From the NCBI GenBank assembly GCA_020891255.1, contig BQFW01000005.1, forward strand, positions 1,178,001-1,242,000: a stretch of DNA of 64,000 nt, read 5' to 3'. A model generated the notes under the pieces. The model had not been told where the DNA came from. It saw only the letters and a program-made list of their open reading frames with translations, and searched no databases. This DNA is from Entomortierella parvispora E1425 (taxonomy: Eukaryota > Fungi > Mortierellomycota). Below are positions 57,074 through 64,000 of this stretch, one piece after another. How positions within the stretch are numbered: position 1 is the stretch's first letter; every line of letters begins with the position of its first letter. A program made the translations under genes and the position numbers.

Positions 57074-58576
57074 ATGTTCGCATCCCGTGCTCAACCCGTT
57101 GCATCCGTGCTCAGGTACACCTCCATCCCCCTCTCCGATTTTGATCAGCACTCCTCCCACCTTTCCGTCCTCCCCTCTACCATCCCTGCAAATGCTCTGT
57201 CAGATCAATCTCGCTTTCCACACCCGTCGCCCTTTCTCCGCAAAATTACAAGCAAACCCCCAATCTGCATGCAGATCACCCCAACCTACAACGACACTTC
57301 TCCATGGATACTTCACACACTTCTTCTCCTTTGGCTTCAATCACCACATAACCCTCGTTCCCGTTGCTAATCTCGCGATTTGTTGATCTATCGCCCCTGA
57401 TCGCCAAACACGCCCCTGTTCCTGGTCTTCATCATCGATAATCACTCCTGGGAGCGTAATTATGGACTGTTCAATCATCTGATCCTTGTTTCCTCTTGAT
57501 CCATTTATTCTTTAGCGCCGGTATCCAGACCCGTAACATGGGTACTCTTCGTGAGAGTAAGTAGAGACAGAGGTCATGCATAGCGCACAGGAACCAAAGC
57601 ATCGAGGCGTCTTCTAACCCGTGCCCTTTTGCGTCCAATAGTTCAGCTCCGTTTGAACTCGATCAAGAACATTGGCAAGATCACCAAGTCCATGAAGATG
57701 ATTGCCTCCACCAAGGTCAACAAGGCCCAGCGTGCCATGGAGCAGGCTCGCATCTACGGCTCAGCCTCGTCCAGTATGTTTTGTTTCCTGATTTAGAGCA
57801 CAGGATTATATCCCCAGCAGCTTGGATCTTTGTTGCACGCCAACGGCACGATCAGAAGGGCGATATCACTAGGATCAATAGAACTGACAGGAGGCATCAC
57901 TCTTCACCTTTTACTAATAGGCATCTACGACAACGCCAAGACCTCCCAGCTCGAGAACGAGGATAACATCTACATTGTCTCCTCCTCCGACCGTGGTCTT
58001 TGCGGTGGTATCCACTCCTCGGTTGCCAAGGCTACCCGTAAGCTCATCACCGCTGACGGCAAGACCTCTGGTGTTGTTGTTCTCGGTGATAAGGCCAAGA
58101 ACCAGATGTCCCGTACCAACCGTGCCGACATCCAGTTGTCCTTCAACCAGATCGGAAAGGCCATCCCCACCTTCGCTGAGGCCTGCGCTGCTGCCGACAC
58201 CATCTTGAAGTCCGATGTCAAGTTTGACTCTGCCACCATTGTCTACAACAAGTTCACCTCTGCCATCGCTTACGAGGCTGTCCCCCTCCGCAACTTCTCC
58301 ATTGAGGCCCTCAAGGCTTCCGAGAACTTTGCCGCCTACGAGCTGGACGATGAGGTTTTGGAGAACTACAACCAGTTCTTGTTCGCCAACAACGTCTACT
58401 GGGGTTTGGTCGAGGGTCACGCCTCCGAGATGTCCGCCAAGCGCACTGCCATGGAGAACGCCACCAAGAACGCCGGTGACATGGTTGACCGTTTGACCAT
58501 GACCTACAACCGTACTCGTCAGGCCGCCATTACCTCCGAGTTGGTCGATATTATTACCGGTGCCTCTGCTCTTTAA
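57074..58576 (+). CDS. ATP3: Mitochondrial F1 ATP synthase gamma subunit; exons 57074-57114, 57516-57556, 57642-57773, 57921-58576
   Basis: [85 protein letters not shown]; strong C-ending codon bias. Confidence 0.97.
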
Positions 58577-59208
58577 AGCAGTGTTTCTGGATTGCAATAT
58601 CTCTTCCTCACCTATCACCTTGCACCACCCCCAAAGGATTTCCATTCTTCGACATGCACAATTGAGCAGGGATGCCACTCTCACTTTTTAGACGACATTC
58701 TCAAGCTTGATTTTAAAAAAAAACTTCACGACAACATACTCTCTCCCTCCTCTCTCCCTCTCACCTCAAATTAAAATATTTTTTTGTTTCTATGACAAGA
58801 ACGCGAGTACAGCAAAAACATATGCAGTGCCTAGGGCAACATACAGCGCGTCCCTACGGCTGTGAAGGAGTATAGTACAAAATCATGGACACGTCCCCGA
58901 CTGTCGATCCAGCATGCATTTGTTCGCTGTGGCAGTGCAACGCGGCACAGTCAAACGATGTTTCTTTTCTGGGATTTGACTCTCCTTGTTCCTATGCTCT
59001 CCTTTCCCCTCTTGTTCCTCCTTACCCTCCCTTCACTGCTTTTCCTCGTTGACACTCACTCGCTCACTTACTGCCCATCCCACTTCGCCCTTCGTCAACT
59101 CCATCATCCAAGACAGCAGTGGCGAAAAGAGGCGTCATTTGCATCCCATTCCCAATCACCCTCCCAAGTCACCTTGAGCTTTGACCAAAAGGGTAACATT
59201 CTTCAAGA

Positions 59209-62200
59209 ATGTCAAAGTCAATGGAAATTCGGCTCGAGGGAGCCTTCATTGGTAAGGTTGCAAGGCTGCGTAGATTCAGAGTCCTCTGGAGAGGGATCTG
59301 AAACCTGATGACCGCCCCGGTTGTTCCTATTTTTTGCCACCAACTAACCCAGCGCGTGCGGACATGTTTTTTGAATGATGCAGGCAAGACCTCGGACCCA
59401 AAGCTACAGCGGCTCATGTTCCCTTGGACAGGAACACAGGGTCCAATCATCAATGGAAAGCTCCTCATCAACCACCGTGAGGATGTCACTTTGAAGGCTC
59501 TTACCCTGACCTTCAAGGCCAAGATTTCCTGCAGCTGGTCAGAGAGTAAGAACCGCCTTCGCAAAAGCAGTGCTTCGGGCTATGTGCGCGGAGGAAATGT
59601 CCAACCCGTTTAAACCAACGCCGTCTTTTTTTTTGTCCGTTGTTGAAAAATAGGGCGCGGGAACTCGACAGTGTACTACTCAGCCAAGAAGCCACTCATG
59701 GAGAAGCAATGGGTCTTTCTCGAAAAGTCAGAGTCAAAACTTCATATGCTACGTGCCAACCAGACCTACTCGTATGACTTCCAGCTGGCCCTCCCGGTGA
59801 ACCTACCCAACTCTTTGGCCATGGGTACTGGAAAGATAGAGTACCTCTTTCACGCCAACGGAAAACGATCGACATTCAGTCTGGACCTGGATCGGGAACG
59901 ATTGATCGAGATTTATCAGGCACTACCGCCATCGCATCCTCATTGTATCTATCCTTTGCAACAGACCGCCGATTTTGAACAGGCCTTGAATTATTTGGTC
60001 CAGATTCCCAAGAAGGCTTTTCATCATGGATCGACCATCCCGATCACAGTCAAAATGCGACCATTGCAAGGCGGTGGCGCTCGGTGGCATGTCAAGGACA
60101 TGCATATCAAGATCAAAGAGTACTTTTGGTTCATTTCACCAGGCAGAGGCGTTCGACCAGAGAAGAGAACCTTGGTCGAGACGAAACAAGGGAGTGGCAA
60201 CTGGCCCATTCAGGCAGGACCGGTCGAGAGGATCTTGACGATTCAAGTCCCAACACACCACATCATGAGCACAGTCGACACGGAGATCATCAAGTGTACC
60301 CACAAGTTGAAGATCCTGTTCTCGATCGAAGTCAACGGCTCCACTAGGAAATTGGCTTCTGACTGTAAGGCCATGTTTTACTGTCACTGTGGGTTGGACT
60401 CTAGATGCTAACGCCATGATACGTCTTTTTGTTTAATAGTCGACATCTACGTTCCAGGACCCTTTCCTCCAGGACAAGGGCCGATGGGGGTAGCTCCACC
60501 CCCACAGTTGCAGCAGCAACTGCAATATCATCATCCTCTTCCGCCCCTCCCGAATCAACAGGCGGCACCTCCATATCAACCATATCCTCAAATGGGACAG
60601 CAGCAACCCATGGTGCAACAACCAATGATGCAACAACCAATGATGCAGCAGCCTATGTTGCAGTATCAGCAGCCAATGCAACAACCTGGAGTGCAAAAGC
60701 AGTTTTCACCCGGAATGCAACAGCAGCAGCAATGTGCGCCATACACCCCGCAACCATTTGTAGCACCGATACCGACTCCAGTCATGTCTCCCTCAAACAC
60801 GACAACGTCTTCAGTTCCATCATCATCTTCAGGGTACTCGCCTGCTTTGTCATACCAGCCGTCACCAGCGTATCCGGCTCCCCCTGCTGCTGGTCCGCCT
60901 ACTCCAGCCCCATCATCAGCATCAGCACCAAATCCTTACAGTCAGGGATATCCTACTCCCGCCCAAGGCCATACCTATCCGGTGGCCGTTTCTTCTCAAG
61001 GATACCCAACACCTGCAATGCCCCCTATGCCCTCACCCAGCGCCACGAACGCTTCCTTGCCAAATTATCCGCTTCCACCTCCTCCTTCACCAGGCAAGCC
61101 TGCTCCCCTTGTGGCCTCTAATTCTTTTACTTCTGCAGGAGAAACGCCAGCTACAGGAGCACATATTCCTAACCGTGTGCCATCCCCAATACCTGCTCGG
61201 TACTCAAGTATAAATCAAGCGCCTCCCATAATGTCTGCAGTAGCCTCATCTCCGATACCAGCACCCGCGGCAGTCTTAACACCTGTGGTTAGCTACCAAG
61301 AACACTATCTTGTGGACTCACCCAAGGTATCTGAGGCATCATCGCCAGCACCGTCAACAGGACCGGGAGGACTCAAATATGATGATACCATCAAAGTTGT
61401 GGCAGTACCTCGGGATGACACTGTTAAAGTCGATCTGGACAACATCAAGGTTCGGTCCACGCCATCCACTCCGGCTCAGTCGCACAGTGCAGCTGCAGCC
61501 TCGCCCACACCTGTTGCTTCGACAGTTGGTAACGGGGGTCATAATGGTGGATCAGGGGCAAGTCGCAACCCACAACAGCGCCATTCATATATAGACACGA
61601 CAGGGGGGACCGGTGGATCGATTATGGGTCAATCTCAGCAGATCAATGGATCTCATTCTCTGCCGACGACTTCATCCCCCTATACATCACCTCCATTCTC
61701 GACCGTGCCACTGCAAACTGGACCTCAGGCACCCCATGCGATCAAAGAGTCGGATACAGAATCAAGCCTCTATTCGTACCAGCCACCCCCTCCTTCAGCC
61801 CCCGCAACATCATCTGTGGGCTCCAATGGACATCATCATAACCATCCGTCAAATCATCCGAACAACACAAGCGCAAGTCAGAGCTGCCAAGCAGACTTGT
61901 TGACGCATCGGTTCAATCAAATCAACATAACTTCAACTCTGTCTCATCAGACCTCGACTTCCTCCAACAGCTCGTCGTCATTTGGTGCTGGAGCCAATGG
62001 TATTAATGGTGGAATGACATCGTCGACGACTAGTACGGGCTATGTCCAACCTCCGCTGTCAATGCCGTCAGATTCCCCGCAAGTAAAACCGACGCCGTCC
62101 TTGAGCCATTCGATGTCCTCTGCTTCACAGCATCAACAGCACCACCAACAACAGCAACACCCGATGTCACCAGTCTCGGCTGCGGCGACGGGGGCTATTG

Positions 62201-62220
62201 TAGCAAGTCAGCAGCAAAAA

Positions 62221-62255
<35 letters not shown>

Positions 62256-62337
62256 ACCTCCCAAGAAGCAACAGGTGTGGGTTCCAATGTACCAGACACT
62301 AGCAGGAAAGACATATGTGCAATACCATCCGTCCTAA
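59209..62337 (+). CDS. Alpha-arrestin (arrestin N/C domains) with a long P/Q/S-rich tail; exons 59209-59251, 59432-59545, 59654-60364, 60440-62337
   Basis: GPIINGKLLI...LTLTFKAK, YSYDFQLALP.NLP.S...GKIEY, IPKKAF..G.TIPI, IKCTHKLKI; PPY-type motif in the tail; phase-compatible introns. Confidence 0.82.
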
Positions 62338-62399
62338 GTCCCATCTACTACCGATAATAATAAAGAACGCGATCCAAAAAAAAAAAAAAAAAAAAAAAC

Positions 62400-62594
62400 G
62401 TCATGTGACTCTGGAGGCGCGTCGAGGATACTTCTTCACCCCCCAAAAGTGGCGTTTAGGCCCGGGAGGGACTTCGTCACGTGGAGTATATGGCCTTGCA
62501 CTTATAGAATTGCAAGGATATAACGATAATGGTAGGATATAACGTACTCTCACGTGATATCTACACGTGACAACATACGTCATTTAGTCACGTG
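62400..62594. promoter_or_regulatory. Cluster of E-boxes (CACGTG x4 plus TCATGTGA)
   Basis: CACGTG at 62478, 62551, 62564 and 62589; TCATGTGA at about 62401. Confidence 0.5.
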
Positions 62595-63570
62595 GATTTA
62601 TATTGTCTGCCCAAATAGGAAGGAGTCTCGATCACCCCACAAAGTATAGGGAGACATGTCCGAAAAACAACATCGTTCTATGTGAAGTCATTCAAATCGT
62701 ATCAGAATGCCATGATTGTTAGCAATATCGATAGATATGATAAAAATACACCTCTCAAGTGATCGCGAGCAGTTTTGAACAAGTTTGAGAGCGTGTTCAT
62801 CTTCGTTGTGCTTATTTTGACTGAAAATGACGAGGGTGTTCGCTATGTTTTGGCTAGTTACCATTGTATATTCAATTACAACACCACTTTCTTCCACATA
62901 CATCCAAAACTTTCAGAATCCATGCCCTTTCCAATGTACATACTGTGAATGCGCTTTATTCGGTCAACACGCCTCGAAAAAAAGAACTTCACTTAGGAGC
63001 AAAGTGATCGACTTGGAAAAAAAATAGAATTTTGATGCATCTGAGGACATTTGTCTCGACTTTCCATGGTCAGAATTGCAACAATTGGGCTGAAAGCACT
63101 TTCCTGAGGTGGCCACACATTGTACGAAGAACGTAGTATCGTTTTCCTGCCAAAGAACGATTCCTCTAGAGGGCAATTGGATGAGTCATTCAAAGTAAAA
63201 TGAACTTCTGACTACAATTTTACAGTAGTAATGCCTCAGCATGATGACAAGCTCTTGGCTGTTTTCCAAAGAAGTACTATTCATAGGCAGGTGTCGCGAT
63301 ATACATGTTATTAAAAGTTGGAAGAGGTTTGGCTTCCGGATTCAGAGCTATCATGGTTCCTGAGATAGAGATATTGCTGCCATTTTATTTGTTTTTTTAA
63401 AAAAAAGAGCTCCCAGAAGGAGTATTTCCTCAGGAAACCCTGGGCCATAGGAACAGCAACCGAGATTGCATCAGAACTTGCGAAAGAACACTGCCAAATC
63501 ATATGGTTGAACTATGATCGATCATGTCGCATCGAAGATAGAGTGGGCTGTGTGTTTATTACATTATTAT

Positions 63571-64000
63571 TTAGAAGACTTGTCTACGTTTGTGTACGGC
63601 ATTGAAGTGTAGAGGAGCTCTATTAACCATCTGACCAATACACAACGTTGTCTGTTGCAAAATGGAGGTGATGTCCTCCATCTCCTTGTCATCTTTGCTT
63701 TGCACGAGGCTAGATAGGATGTTGATCTGCTCTAGAGCTTTAAGCCTCCACTTCGCGGCCTCTCGTTGCAGATGCCTCCGTTCTTCATCTTCGTCGTCCC
63801 CTGTTACTATTGATTCTATCCCTCCCAAAACGACAGCAGCCGTTTCTTCTCCAGGCTCAATGCCAGCCAATAGCTTGTCCTTAGTGTCCTTTGACTCTGG
63901 AAGCACAATAGTTGTCATGGACCCATGAAAGTTGTTGTCAACTGGTAGTTGAATGTTTGGAAACATGAGGGTAGCAGCAATGATATGTTTGCAAGGCTGA
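63571..64000 (-). CDS. 3' part of an unidentified ORF that starts beyond the window edge
   Basis: 131-aa helical, acidic ORF (EERRHLQREAAKWRLKALEQINILSSL). No diagnostic motif. Confidence 0.3.
   Translation of the reverse strand, partial: QPCKHIIAATLMFPNIQLPVDNNFHGSMTTIVLPESKDTKDKLLAGIEPGEETAAVVLGGIESIVTGDDEDEERRHLQREAAKWRLKALEQINILSSLVQSKDDKEMEDITSILQQTTLCIGQMVNRAPLHFNAVHKRRQVF

Noticed and set aside
57914-58684. 256-aa antisense ORF over ATP3 (likewise 48646-49383, 27534-27962 and 60429-61121)
   Set aside because: These are shadow ORFs expected from strong codon bias or low complexity of the real gene, and they have no motifs of their own.

Overview
This is a fungal nuclear window with spliceosomal introns and the standard genetic code. 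Its gene families (NACHT-pentapeptide-WD40, F-box/LRR, Sel1, PIPRLF-type LRR-family fragment) point to Mortierellaceae; that assignment is an inference. Bases 1-45,800 are a mobile/accessory block: a DIRS tyrosine-recombinase retrotransposon running off the left edge, a Crypton-derived double-GCR1_C gene, an internally deleted Ty3/Gypsy element with both LTRs and a TSD, an intronless NLR-like gene, an F-box gene, an intact PIF/Harbinger transposon, a DUF4504 gene, an unclassified ~2.1-kb repeat in three copies (two of them inside a 7.1-kb near-perfect palindrome) and several pseudogenes. Bases 46,000-62,400 are mostly ordinary genes: GH65 acid trehalase, a Sel1 protein, a Tc1 transposase with altered catalytic residues, COX14-like and ATP3 head-to-head, and an alpha-arrestin. 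The most striking observation is missing from the ORF track: the DIRS recombinase frame has no stop from 3308 to the window edge (>=1100 codons), so it overprints all of pol and nearly all of gag, and all three minus frames are open together over about 2401-2517. I found no rRNA, convincing tRNA or CRISPR array. All calls come from reading the sequence; no searches were run.
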